From: Promethearchaeota archaeon
Lineage (GTDB): Archaea > Asgardarchaeota > Lokiarchaeia > Sigyniarchaeales > SOKP01
Reading direction: 5' to 3'
DNA: 38,583 nucleotides
NCBI GenBank assembly: GCA_013375475.1
Contig: JABXKD010000034.1
Coordinates: forward strand, 1 to 38,583
Shown: in pieces, positions 10,589 to 20,490 of the stretch
How positions within the stretch are numbered: the first letter of the stretch is position 1
Layout: each line of letters begins with the position of its first letter
Program-made: the position numbers and the translations under genes
Notes under the pieces: generated by a model
What the model saw: the letters and a program-made list of their open reading frames with translations, nothing else
Told to the model about the DNA's origin: nothing
The model's database searches: none

Positions 10589-10837
10589 ATCTTCAAACTC
10601 CTTGAATCCTATCTTGAGAAATATATAAAATCATTATCTGAAATGTATCTGAAATTTTAAATTTTCATTTCTATTATGAAAATCATGATTTTTTTCTAAG
10701 TATTTTTAAAAAAATACCGAATTTTTATAAACACTATAAATTCTTCTATCGGTTTTAATCGCTAAAAAGAAATCAATAGTAAAAAAATATATTCTAAAAT
10801 TTTTATTATATTAGAAAAGAAGTTTGGGATTTTTTAG

Positions 10838-13800
10838 TTGACAAACGTAGAAAACAAGACGGCATATCCATACATTACGGAATTTAAAAAAGAGCCATTT
10901 AGATCTTTTGTTCTGACAAAAAGAAAGGATATTGGAAACTTTTATTTAAGTAGTTACGAGAGAGTTTTGGAGGTATATCAACTCTATAATGAGGGCTTAC
11001 TTAATGAAGCTTCTTTAAATTTGGAAAACATTTATTGGTTTCTTTTGCTTAGGAAATATATCAAACAAAAAACAGATGTCTTCCGTGAAGAATTTTTAAA
11101 TTTCATAAAAAAATGCGAAGTTGAGATTATCGAAAAAGATCAATTAGGTTTTAAATCATCTCCACACTCTTCAAAATCACCCGATATTTGGGTTTTATAC
11201 TACGCGTTAGCTAGCTTAGAGCTGCTGGGTATTTTAAACGAGTATCTTTCCTCTAAGGGACAGGATGTATTAGTTCGACAAATAAAAAATTTCATTTATG
11301 CGCATAAGAGAAATAATGGATTTTTGCACTGCCTTGATAAAAGTTGTGAGGAATGTAATAATGGTCCTGTAGCAAAAACTTTTTATTATGTAACAGAAAG
11401 TCTTCTACTTCTCGGTATCGATGTAAGAGTATTCAAGGAGCAGTTTCGTTCGTATTTAAAAGAGAGGAAAAAGGATTCCTCGATATTGTTCAAGCTTTTA
11501 AGCCTTAAATTCTTTGATTTAGATTCAGATGTAAGGGATAAAGAAATACAATATTTCTATCAATTTCAAAAAGAGAGCGGTGGTTTTAGTTTTATATTCG
11601 AAGATGAAGATGTTGATACAACCTTTTGGGTTGTCAATATTCTCCACATTTATTCTTGGTTAATTGATTATAATCCTGCGAGGATTTATTCTTTTATCAC
11701 AAAAAAACTGGATGATATTTTTAGAGAAACTTCAAGCTGGAATCTAATAATTCTAAGAGAAGTAACTCAATTAGTGGTATTACTCTCTATAATTTGGAAC
11801 CGATTTATTGAAGAAATCGAGAGAGTCGTATTTAAGCATTTAGAAGCGAATAATTTCATCGACTTAAACCAAATTAAAAATACATTTGGATTAAAACATG
11901 GTTTAGAGGAAATAGTATTGTATATCAATTTAAATTACACATTTACTTTAAAAAAAGTTGATAATACATTAGAATTCAACCAATATATTCAAAATTTAAG
12001 TCAAGGTAAAAGAGCTATTATTGAAGAAATTTATGAACAATTAAATGATAATAGCGTAATATCGCTCTCTGATATTTTCAAGAAATATAGAGGTTCAAAT
12101 GGAGAACAAATTTTAAGATTAAGAGAAGACATTTTTCCAATAATTCAAGATTTGATAAGTAATCATTTTTTTGAAGGGGAAATTAGAGCTAAAAAAGCGT
12201 TTTTATTTAAAACTAAATATTATTTTTGTTTGGATTACCTATTCAAAAAGATTCTTATCGTTGATAATGAAATTAATACAGAAAGGTTATACGAAGAAAA
12301 ATCAAAGTTAAAGGAAATTAGGAACGATATTTACAACATGACATTAAAACTAAAAAATACTATTCCACAAATTAGAGAAGAGATTGAATCGTATCTTTTA
12401 ATAGACGAAATTGATTTTGCTAAAGAAAGGTTAAAATTTGTGTTGCGAAATTCATTAATGGAAGCTGATTTCTTAAACGAAAATATCGAATCCTCATTTA
12501 ATCAAGAATTAATCTACATTAACCTACAAGCAACCCTTGGCGCTGAAATATCTCAGTGGAATAAATCATATTCTCTACTACAAAACGGATTGAAGGAATT
12601 AAATAATTATCTCCAAGAAAGAATCCAAGAAAAGGAAAGCTTAAAAAAATACAGTATTGTATTAGATGAACTGGATTCTAAGATTTACGATATTCAAGAT
12701 CAAATTAACCGTGAAGTAGATTCTTTTAAGAATTACTTAGTAGAATTAATGGATAAGGGTTATAACGAGGAAAAGTTTGATCTTATTATTCAAGCGTTTA
12801 ATAGAATATCTCAAAGTGTTAGTAAATATGATAAGGCTATTTACAAAATATCACACCAAATTACAACAAAAGAGAAGAAAATAGCTAAAAACCACAAGAA
12901 AATAATCTATAAATGGATTGATTTCAAAGAAAAATTTGATTCCACATTTGCTGAATATACTAATGGATTTCAATTTTTTAACGAACTAAACAATAACATC
13001 GGAAATGTCAAAGATATTGTACAGAGTGGAATATTAACAATAAAAGACAATGCGAAAAACCAAGTAACTAATAATCAGTATCAAGACGCTTTTAATACCA
13101 TCAAAATGGAATCTGAAATTTTGCTAAAAAAGGAAAATGAGGAAATTCATAAATTAAAGCAATTAGTAAAGAAAAATACTAGTTTTAAGCAAAAACTTTT
13201 TCCTCTTTATAAGTACCTCGATGAGAAACTAGATAGCTTAGAAGAGAACATCATTGAACTTATAGCTGACCAAGTTCAAATTCTGAAAGAAAAAGTTATT
13301 GAAGAGAGAAAACGAGCCAAAGTTGAAGATTTTGACAATTTTGTTTCGAATACAATCCAATTTTTCAAAGATAAATTGGAAAAATACAAATTCAGTGTCG
13401 ATCAAAATAGAGTAAACAAAATTCCGGATGTTATCGGTGGTTTTGACACAATAGTTTTAGAATTTAATGATTATAACAAACAATTTTCTAAAAAAATTAG
13501 TAATCTAAACGGAACTGTCGTTAATCCTGACGAAAATTCAATTAAAATAATTCAATGGGAGAAATTTGATGAATTTTTAACCAAAGAGGTAAATAATCTA
13601 AAGGATGAATATGTAAACAAAATCATTTCTAACGAAATTTATCTTATGAGTGAGGAAGAAAATACAGATAAAATTGACATTAAGAAACTTGCTGATAAAT
13701 TAAAACTTAAGTGTAAAACAATAATTCCAAGAATCAAAGATTTAATAGAAGTTTCAAAATTACAGGGAGAATTACTTGAAGATAAAAAAGAGCTTATTGT

Positions 13801-15250
13801 TCATACTGAAGCATATCATAAGAACAAAGAATTAAAAAATTTCACGGAAAATAGAATTTTAAAACAAACTCAAGAAAGAATAGGGCATTTATTAGCACTT
13901 TACGATTCTTGTATAAAAAATAAAACATTAGGAGTTAACTCATTAGAAATTCAGAATAGAATTAAAGATTTGAGCGACTTTAAGGAATCTATTAATAATA
14001 AATTTAATTCGAAGATTAAAGAATTAAATGTGGACGAAAAAAGAATAGAGATAATGGAGTTAATCAATAATATCAACGCAATTATTAACAACAACGAATT
14101 AGCAATAGAAAAAATAGAAGAAAATTTAGCTTTGTTTAAGGATTTAGAATCTTTCATAGGGAACGAGTATAGTGCTTTAAAAATAGATATAGAACACTTG
14201 TTTGTTAAGGCTGCCGAAGATATTGAGAAAATCGAGCTTCACGGGAAAATGAAAGAAATCCTCGATAGTAAAAAAGAGAAAGTCGATCTAAAGTTAAAGC
14301 AGGCGGATGTTAAAATCGAGGAGAAGTTGAAAAATGTAATTACTAAAACTTATGAATCAAAAAAATTTGAAGCCGAAGCAAGAGAGTATTATTTCGAGAA
14401 GAAAAACGAAATCAAAAAATTAGTGCAAGAAAAAGTAGTCACTATTGAAGAGACCATTAATTCATTAAAACTTGAAACTGATCGTGGAAAATTACTAGCT
14501 ATGATTAACAAAAATACAATTCATCTAAGTCAATTATTAGGTACTCTTCAAGCGCGAGTTGAGGACTATATTGAAACAGAGCAATTTAAAAGAGCGTATC
14601 TACAAGTAAATAAAAAAAATAAATATATCGAGCAAGAAATTAGAAATTCAAATAGAAGAATTAAAGATATATTTAAGGCATTTAATAGAAATTCTAATGA
14701 TTTTGAAACTAAAAATAAACATATTATCAACGATTTTGACCGTTTTATCAAAGAGTTCAGCGATTTATTGCAGGAAAAAATTAAAAGCTTAGAAGAATTA
14801 ATAGTTAAATCGTACGTAGAAATGGCAATAAAAGCTGTAGCAAACGAATTTCTAACTCTGAGCTTTTTACAAAACGAATTAAAAATGAAAAAGCCACTGA
14901 TTCAGACGCATCTTATCTCTCTTATTAGTGCTGGTAAGTTAACTGGTAAATATGATCCTCAGATCGGGTTATATTACGAAAATTTGGAGGTATTAAAATC
15001 ACTTGATGAGAATGAATTAGAAGTAATTAAAAAAATGAATTTTCGAGTGTACCTGTTTATGAGACGTTTGAAAAACCTCGCAAACCAATACGGGTCAGTA
15101 ATCGCTTTCTTTGCCTCAATTATTACAATCTCTTATTACTTATTTAGAATTAGTGGAGAAAATCCATTAACAATTATGATTCCAATCGTTCTAACATTAG
15201 TGGTACTTGCATACCTTCTTTTCAAGAAGAAAAAAGATGATAAAATTTGA
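10838..15250 (+). CDS. Large multidomain protein: prenyltransferase-beta-like repeats, PCI-like winged helices, coiled coils, C-terminal double TM anchor
   Basis: GF...PDIWVLYYALASLELLG and QKESGGF...DVDTTFW repeats; I..LA.KL......I..LI...KL.G motifs; heptad-rich middle; two hydrophobic helices followed by KKKK. ORF certain, domain calls inferred. Confidence 0.65.
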   Translation: MTNVENKTAYPYITEFKKEPFRSFVLTKRKDIGNFYLSSYERVLEVYQLYNEGLLNEASLNLENIYWFLLLRKYIKQKTDVFREEFLNFIKKCEVEIIEKDQLGFKSSPHSSKSPDIWVLYYALASLELLGILNEYLSSKGQDVLVRQIKNFIYAHKRNNGFLHCLDKSCEECNNGPVAKTFYYVTESLLLLGIDVRVFKEQFRSYLKERKKDSSILFKLLSLKFFDLDSDVRDKEIQYFYQFQKESGGFSFIFEDEDVDTTFWVVNILHIYSWLIDYNPARIYSFITKKLDDIFRETSSWNLIILREVTQLVVLLSIIWNRFIEEIERVVFKHLEANNFIDLNQIKNTFGLKHGLEEIVLYINLNYTFTLKKVDNTLEFNQYIQNLSQGKRAIIEEIYEQLNDNSVISLSDIFKKYRGSNGEQILRLREDIFPIIQDLISNHFFEGEIRAKKAFLFKTKYYFCLDYLFKKILIVDNEINTERLYEEKSKLKEIRNDIYNMTLKLKNTIPQIREEIESYLLIDEIDFAKERLKFVLRNSLMEADFLNENIESSFNQELIYINLQATLGAEISQWNKSYSLLQNGLKELNNYLQERIQEKESLKKYSIVLDELDSKIYDIQDQINREVDSFKNYLVELMDKGYNEEKFDLIIQAFNRISQSVSKYDKAIYKISHQITTKEKKIAKNHKKIIYKWIDFKEKFDSTFAEYTNGFQFFNELNNNIGNVKDIVQSGILTIKDNAKNQVTNNQYQDAFNTIKMESEILLKKENEEIHKLKQLVKKNTSFKQKLFPLYKYLDEKLDSLEENIIELIADQVQILKEKVIEERKRAKVEDFDNFVSNTIQFFKDKLEKYKFSVDQNRVNKIPDVIGGFDTIVLEFNDYNKQFSKKISNLNGTVVNPDENSIKIIQWEKFDEFLTKEVNNLKDEYVNKIISNEIYLMSEEENTDKIDIKKLADKLKLKCKTIIPRIKDLIEVSKLQGELLEDKKELIVHTEAYHKNKELKNFTENRILKQTQERIGHLLALYDSCIKNKTLGVNSLEIQNRIKDLSDFKESINNKFNSKIKELNVDEKRIEIMELINNINAIINNNELAIEKIEENLALFKDLESFIGNEYSALKIDIEHLFVKAAEDIEKIELHGKMKEILDSKKEKVDLKLKQADVKIEEKLKNVITKTYESKKFEAEAREYYFEKKNEIKKLVQEKVVTIEETINSLKLETDRGKLLAMINKNTIHLSQLLGTLQARVEDYIETEQFKRAYLQVNKKNKYIEQEIRNSNRRIKDIFKAFNRNSNDFETKNKHIINDFDRFIKEFSDLLQEKIKSLEELIVKSYVEMAIKAVANEFLTLSFLQNELKMKKPLIQTHLISLISAGKLTGKYDPQIGLYYENLEVLKSLDENELEVIKKMNFRVYLFMRRLKNLANQYGSVIAFFASIITISYYLFRISGENPLTIMIPIVLTLVVLAYLLFKKKKDDKI

Positions 15251-15270
15251 TTATAAATTAATATATTAAC

Positions 15271-17433
15271 TCAGTCGTAACCCATTACAAAGTGTACTTC
15301 GTCTGCAACCTTCTTTAAATAACCTAAACGGCAAGCTTGGTTAAAATGGGTATAATATTTCTTTTCAATTATCTCTTCTTCTTCAGCAAATTCTTTAAAT
15401 TCTGAAAGAGGCATTTTTCCATTTTCGCTATAAGTTTCAGCAATTTTAATTAACGTTTTTACATTTTTATTTAAATACATTTTTCTTTCTGTCATTTTCT
15501 TATTTTTCTCTTTTTGATTACCTTTTAATTTTAATATAGACCTTTTTAGATTCGCTTCGTCCAATCTTAAAACATCAGAATAAAAAGTTACTCCTGAATC
15601 TTTGAACAATTGGAACTCTTTACTCTGGACAAAATTATCCAGTTCAGAGATTATTTCCTCAATAGAACGATCTGCAAGCAATTCCTTTTCTCTCTCACGC
15701 CTTTCATGGTAGTTTTTAATTAAATCCAATTCTGAAACTACCGTTTGTTCTTTTTTAAAACAAATCTCTTCTCGATCTGCAATTTTACAAAGATCTAATT
15801 CCTTAGTATGGGACAAAACCCAATGCATAGCAGATTCTTTTCTATCGGCAGCTTTATAAAAGGGAACATCAATAGTTTCTCGAGCTACGAGTAAATAACA
15901 TCGACCTGGACTGTGTCTTCCTGTTCTTCCGCGTCTTTGAATTAATCTTATCTCAGAAGGTACAGGTTCGTAGAAGATTATTGCGTCAACATTGGGAATG
16001 TCAAGCCCTTCTTCTGCAACACTTGTAGCAATTAGAACATCTATTGCGCCTTCTTTAAATTGTGTTATTATTTCTATTTGGTGATCTTGTGAAAATCCTA
16101 AATCGTTAATTTTGCTAGCCTGACCTATGAATTTTTCTACATTTAATTGAGTTCCAAAGTGATCTTTAAATTTATCCTTCAATAATTCTGCCATTTCTCG
16201 GTATTGAGTAAAAACAATAATTTTAGTGCTTAAATGGTTTTCTAATTCTTCTGATACAATAGAAAATAACTTTTCAATTTTAGGATGAGCGTAATCATCG
16301 ATTTTATTCTGAAGGAAATTATTCTTGATAAATTTAAAGTGCTCTGAGTTAACAATTCTTTTAGCAGAAAGTATTTCTTGGCCAGATTTATACTCTAATT
16401 TTTCTAAAAATGTTAGAAATAGGGTTACGTTCTGAGATTCTAATAAATCTTTTCCGTGAAGCAAAGAGATAAAGCTAGAACAAAATGAGTATATCGATTG
16501 GATATTTAACGACCCTTCATTTACGACATCAATAATCCGAGGTGATTGAAAATAAAGTGCGCTTTGATACTCTTCTTCAGATAACTCTGGTAAATAACCA
16601 TTTTCATATTTTAGAGAGAGAGTTAGATCTCGCGAAATTCCCAAGAAATCCGATTTAGAATAATATCGCTTGCTCGGAGGAATTAATTTTTTCTCAATAA
16701 AATATTGAATTAGTTTCTCAAATAAAGTATACCAAATGGCACTTAACTCAATTACTTTAATGGGTAAATCGACAAACTCTAAATAAGTATCAATATCGTA
16801 TATATATTGTTGTACGTCTTTATCTTCGTAGGTTTTGAACAAAACATTCTCGATGTATAAATTGTTACATAATTGCTGGATGCGAAGATAACTTTTTCCA
16901 GGTGAAGCGGTTAATCCTAAAATGAGAGGATCTTGGCAAGTGTTAATATATTCTGAAGATATAAAACAATACGCATAATTTCCCCTTGTTCTGTGCGCTT
17001 CGTCGAATATTATTAGGGAAACACGCTTTAAATCGTATCTACCTCTTTCAATATCGTTTTTAATAACTTGAGGCGTAGAGACGATTATTTTGGAGTTTTT
17101 AAAGTGAAATATTCTTTTCTCAGGAGATACTTTACCCGTAAAGGAAATAATTGAATCGGAGTTGATATTTAAAAATTCCTCACAGGACGCTTTATGCTGA
17201 GAAACTAAAGGGCGGGTCGGGGCAAGAATAATAATCTTGGATTCTGGATATTTTTCCAAAGTTTTACCTATGAGTAAAACCCCTATAATTGTTTTTCCTA
17301 AGCCAGTTGGTAAAACTATTAAAGAATTTATTCCTTTACATTTGTTAATAATATTTTTTTGGTATTGTCGATAAAATACTCTGTTCTTTTTCAAAAAAGG
17401 TTCGTTAAAATATCCAGAAACTTCACTAACCAT
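15271..17433 (-). CDS. hef: Hef/FANCM/Mph1-family SF2 helicase
   Basis: LPTGLGKT, DEAH, GLTASPG, FTQYR, ATSVAEEGLDIP, QRRGRTGR. Confidence 0.92.
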   Translation of the reverse strand: MVSEVSGYFNEPFLKKNRVFYRQYQKNIINKCKGINSLIVLPTGLGKTIIGVLLIGKTLEKYPESKIIILAPTRPLVSQHKASCEEFLNINSDSIISFTGKVSPEKRIFHFKNSKIIVSTPQVIKNDIERGRYDLKRVSLIIFDEAHRTRGNYAYCFISSEYINTCQDPLILGLTASPGKSYLRIQQLCNNLYIENVLFKTYEDKDVQQYIYDIDTYLEFVDLPIKVIELSAIWYTLFEKLIQYFIEKKLIPPSKRYYSKSDFLGISRDLTLSLKYENGYLPELSEEEYQSALYFQSPRIIDVVNEGSLNIQSIYSFCSSFISLLHGKDLLESQNVTLFLTFLEKLEYKSGQEILSAKRIVNSEHFKFIKNNFLQNKIDDYAHPKIEKLFSIVSEELENHLSTKIIVFTQYREMAELLKDKFKDHFGTQLNVEKFIGQASKINDLGFSQDHQIEIITQFKEGAIDVLIATSVAEEGLDIPNVDAIIFYEPVPSEIRLIQRRGRTGRHSPGRCYLLVARETIDVPFYKAADRKESAMHWVLSHTKELDLCKIADREEICFKKEQTVVSELDLIKNYHERREREKELLADRSIEEIISELDNFVQSKEFQLFKDSGVTFYSDVLRLDEANLKRSILKLKGNQKEKNKKMTERKMYLNKNVKTLIKIAETYSENGKMPLSEFKEFAEEEEIIEKKYYTHFNQACRLGYLKKVADEVHFVMGYD

Positions 17434-17773
17434 GTTACAAAATAATTGAAGTGGTTTGTTTTTAATTCAGAGGGGGCTAAGATTTTTGTAATCTTGAACT
17501 TACTGTATTATCTAAGGATTCAATGTTATGATTCATAATAAATTGGTTTTTATTGTTATTTCCCTTTTAATATATAATTTGATGAGAAGTAAGAGCTATA
17601 TTGATCAAACAAAGACTATGTAGATTCAACAAGTTTAAATATTATAATGACTTAAAACCATTAACTAACTGAATTTCAGCTTAACCTCCTCTTCCAAGTT
17701 AGTTTGTATCAAGTATGGTTCGTTTTAAATACGGTTAAGCTGGTTCATTGGGAAAAAAAAAAAGTGATTAATT

Positions 17774-19357
17774 ATGAAGATCTTGTATATAAATCCCGCT
17801 CGTTTACAATCGGGGATGGATGCTATTATTACGGGTGCTCCCTTAAGTTTAATTACGATAGCTGCTATGGTCCCCGAACACGACGCTAAATTATTTGATT
17901 TTAAAGTTGATAAATATCGCGAGAATAAATTTCGTAGCGAGTTAAATCGATACGATACAGTAGCGATCACAAGCATGACTCCACAAATATATTCCGCCTT
18001 AGAAATTGCTAAAATGGCTAAGGAGCACGGTTGTAACACGATTATCGGTGGGTACCATCCTACTTTGGTACCAGAATTTGTAGCCGACCACGATTATGTT
18101 GATTTTACCGTAAGAGGTGAAGGAGAACATACTTTTAAAGAAATTATTGATTACCTCGATGGAAATAAAAATAAAATTTCTATTAAGGAAATTGATGGAA
18201 TTTCTTTTAAAAATAAAGAAGGTAAAATTATCCATAATTCTGAAAGAGCTTTAGAACCCAACTTAGATAATTTTCCAATGCCACGACGGGATTTGTTGAA
18301 GGGAAAGCTTTACACATACTTGGGTACCACCACTCGCCAAGTAGAGACTTCAAGAGGTTGTCCGCACAATTGTAAGTTTTGTTGTATTATAAAAATGTGG
18401 AGAAATTCAAGCGGAGGTTCTACGTACAGAACTAAATCAATTTCGAGAATAATGAGAGAGGTGTACGATGTTGATTGGAAAAACGATTTTATTTTTTTCT
18501 GTGAAGATAACTTCACAATTAACGTGAAAAGAACAAATAAGATATTGGATACTCTAATTAAATCAGGAGTAAACTCCAAAATGCGTTTTTCTTGCCAATC
18601 AAGAGTGGATACGTTATTTCATAACCCAGAATTAATTAATAAATTGTATAAAGCCAATTTTAGGCAAGTCTTCCTTGGAATTGAATCCGTTCATCAGCAG
18701 AGTTTAGATGCGATGAATAAGAGGAACACTACGCCTGCAATGGTCAAAACCGTCGTAAAAAGTTTGCGGGATAAAGGAATATCCATCTTCGGTGGGGTTA
18801 TAATCGGTTTTCCCGGCGAAACCAAACGAATGGTTAGGCAGAATATTCAAAATACGATAGACCTAGATTTAGACTGTGTCCAGTTCACACCCATTACTGC
18901 TTTTCCGGGAACGCCTTTTTACGATGAGATGAAGGAAAAGGGTAGAATAACCGCAAATAATTATAAATTTTACGATTTGTTTCATCCAATGATGAGAACT
19001 GAAGAGTTAACCTCAAAAGATTTTCTTCAATTAGTCGCCGAGGCTTACGCCGCTTTTTATCTGAAAGGATGGCTATTAAGAAGGGCAAAAGAATATCTCA
19101 ACCCATTTGGTAAATTTAATTGGATGCTGGGAAGCTTAGGAAGGTTAATTAAACAGGGAATATTGGGCGGGCTAGGAATGCTCTATTCTCAAGGTATCAC
19201 AACTAAAGTAATTTCAGAGGAATTAAAGAATAAGGTTGAGTTGATGAAAGATATTGACATTTCCTATGCAAAAATGAAGTCAATCGGATCACAAAAAGAT
19301 AAGAAAATCAAGACTTTTTCGCAAGAGAAATTAGAAATTGTAAGCGAACAAACTTAA
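17774..19357 (+). CDS. Cobalamin-binding (class B) radical SAM protein
   Basis: N-terminal B12-binding domain (GGYHPT, VRGEGE), SRGCPHNCKFC, GIES, IIGFPGET, PGTPFY. Confidence 0.92.
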   Translation: MKILYINPARLQSGMDAIITGAPLSLITIAAMVPEHDAKLFDFKVDKYRENKFRSELNRYDTVAITSMTPQIYSALEIAKMAKEHGCNTIIGGYHPTLVPEFVADHDYVDFTVRGEGEHTFKEIIDYLDGNKNKISIKEIDGISFKNKEGKIIHNSERALEPNLDNFPMPRRDLLKGKLYTYLGTTTRQVETSRGCPHNCKFCCIIKMWRNSSGGSTYRTKSISRIMREVYDVDWKNDFIFFCEDNFTINVKRTNKILDTLIKSGVNSKMRFSCQSRVDTLFHNPELINKLYKANFRQVFLGIESVHQQSLDAMNKRNTTPAMVKTVVKSLRDKGISIFGGVIIGFPGETKRMVRQNIQNTIDLDLDCVQFTPITAFPGTPFYDEMKEKGRITANNYKFYDLFHPMMRTEELTSKDFLQLVAEAYAAFYLKGWLLRRAKEYLNPFGKFNWMLGSLGRLIKQGILGGLGMLYSQGITTKVISEELKNKVELMKDIDISYAKMKSIGSQKDKKIKTFSQEKLEIVSEQT

Positions 19358-19453
19358 TCTTTCAGTTTTCTATCAGAACGGTTCTTTTTAATTATTTTAA
19401 TTTATTCCAAATCTTTTTTTTAAACTATTTATTACTTCAAATGATTAGTTCCT

Positions 19454-20467
19454 ATGGATGAAGTATTCCCATGTATTTTTTTGATTAAACAAAAAGGCTC
19501 TTTCGGACAAATAAAACCAACAGAGAACATATACATCTTAGCAGGTCATGATGGAATTATATACGACGCCGGCTATGGCAATAGAAAGATGGTAAAAATC
19601 TTTATTAAAGAGTTAAACGAAATTAAGAAGTTCTATGAAGAAAATAATGGTGTATTCAAATTAACACGAATTTTAGTGTCACACGGACACCCCGATCACT
19701 TTTCAGGATTAAAAAGAATACGGAAAGCTCTCGGTGTTAAAATTGTTTTGACGGAGAAAACGGCTGAAATCATAAGGAATAAGAACAATTTTGGGAAATC
19801 ATTTAACGCAGATAATTATAAAGATCATTTTATTGTAAAAAAAGGGTTGGGGTATAGAATAAGGAGCTTCGTGCAGCATTTATTTTCCGATCTAGTTTAT
19901 AAGCAAATCTATGGTCTTTCATTTATTACAGATCCAGATGAAATTATAGCAGAAAATACACAGATTTCAATAAATAACGAGAATTGGCAGATTATCAACT
20001 CACCTGGACATGCAGTAGACCACATCTCCTTGTACAACGAAGAAAAAGGTGTCTTACTTTCTGGAGATAATATTTTAAATTCGATGACTACATGGTTAGG
20101 GCCTCCAAATTGTAATATAGAAGACTATATTAACTCTATTAATACAATTAGAAAATTAATTAACCTTAAAATTATATTACCCGCTCATGGATCCGTTATT
20201 GCTCATCCAATAAAGCGTCTAAATGAGATTTTAGAGCATAGAAAAAAAAGAACACAACAAGTTTTAGATATTATTCAAAATAGCTCTAAAAACGGGATAA
20301 GCCCAGATGAAATTATACGGAGATTATATCCCGCAGGAAAAAGAATGCAATTCGAGATTGTCCGTGGATGGGTAAGTTTAACAATAAGAATGCTGGAAAT
20401 TAAAAATTTAGTTAAGAGAAATGAAGAAAAAAAAAAGATAAAATTTTATCCAGTAAATTCTTTTTAA
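19454..20467 (+). CDS. MBL-fold metallo-hydrolase (LACTB2-like, probable C-terminal winged helix)
   Basis: SHGHPDHFSG, PGHA, SGD, PAHG. Confidence 0.9.
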   Translation: MDEVFPCIFLIKQKGSFGQIKPTENIYILAGHDGIIYDAGYGNRKMVKIFIKELNEIKKFYEENNGVFKLTRILVSHGHPDHFSGLKRIRKALGVKIVLTEKTAEIIRNKNNFGKSFNADNYKDHFIVKKGLGYRIRSFVQHLFSDLVYKQIYGLSFITDPDEIIAENTQISINNENWQIINSPGHAVDHISLYNEEKGVLLSGDNILNSMTTWLGPPNCNIEDYINSINTIRKLINLKIILPAHGSVIAHPIKRLNEILEHRKKRTQQVLDIIQNSSKNGISPDEIIRRLYPAGKRMQFEIVRGWVSLTIRMLEIKNLVKRNEEKKKIKFYPVNSF

Positions 20468-20490
20468 TTTCAATTAAAAAATCAAAACAT

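Noticed and set aside
10631-10633. In-frame TGA upstream of the dehydratase as possible selenocysteine
   Set aside because: Not at a conserved Cys position, flanking translation is not family-like, and no SECIS was recognised
17580-17672. Possible C/D-box sRNA (TGATGA ... CTGA)
   Set aside because: About 93 nt spacing, poor C'/D' boxes, no terminal stem; expected by chance
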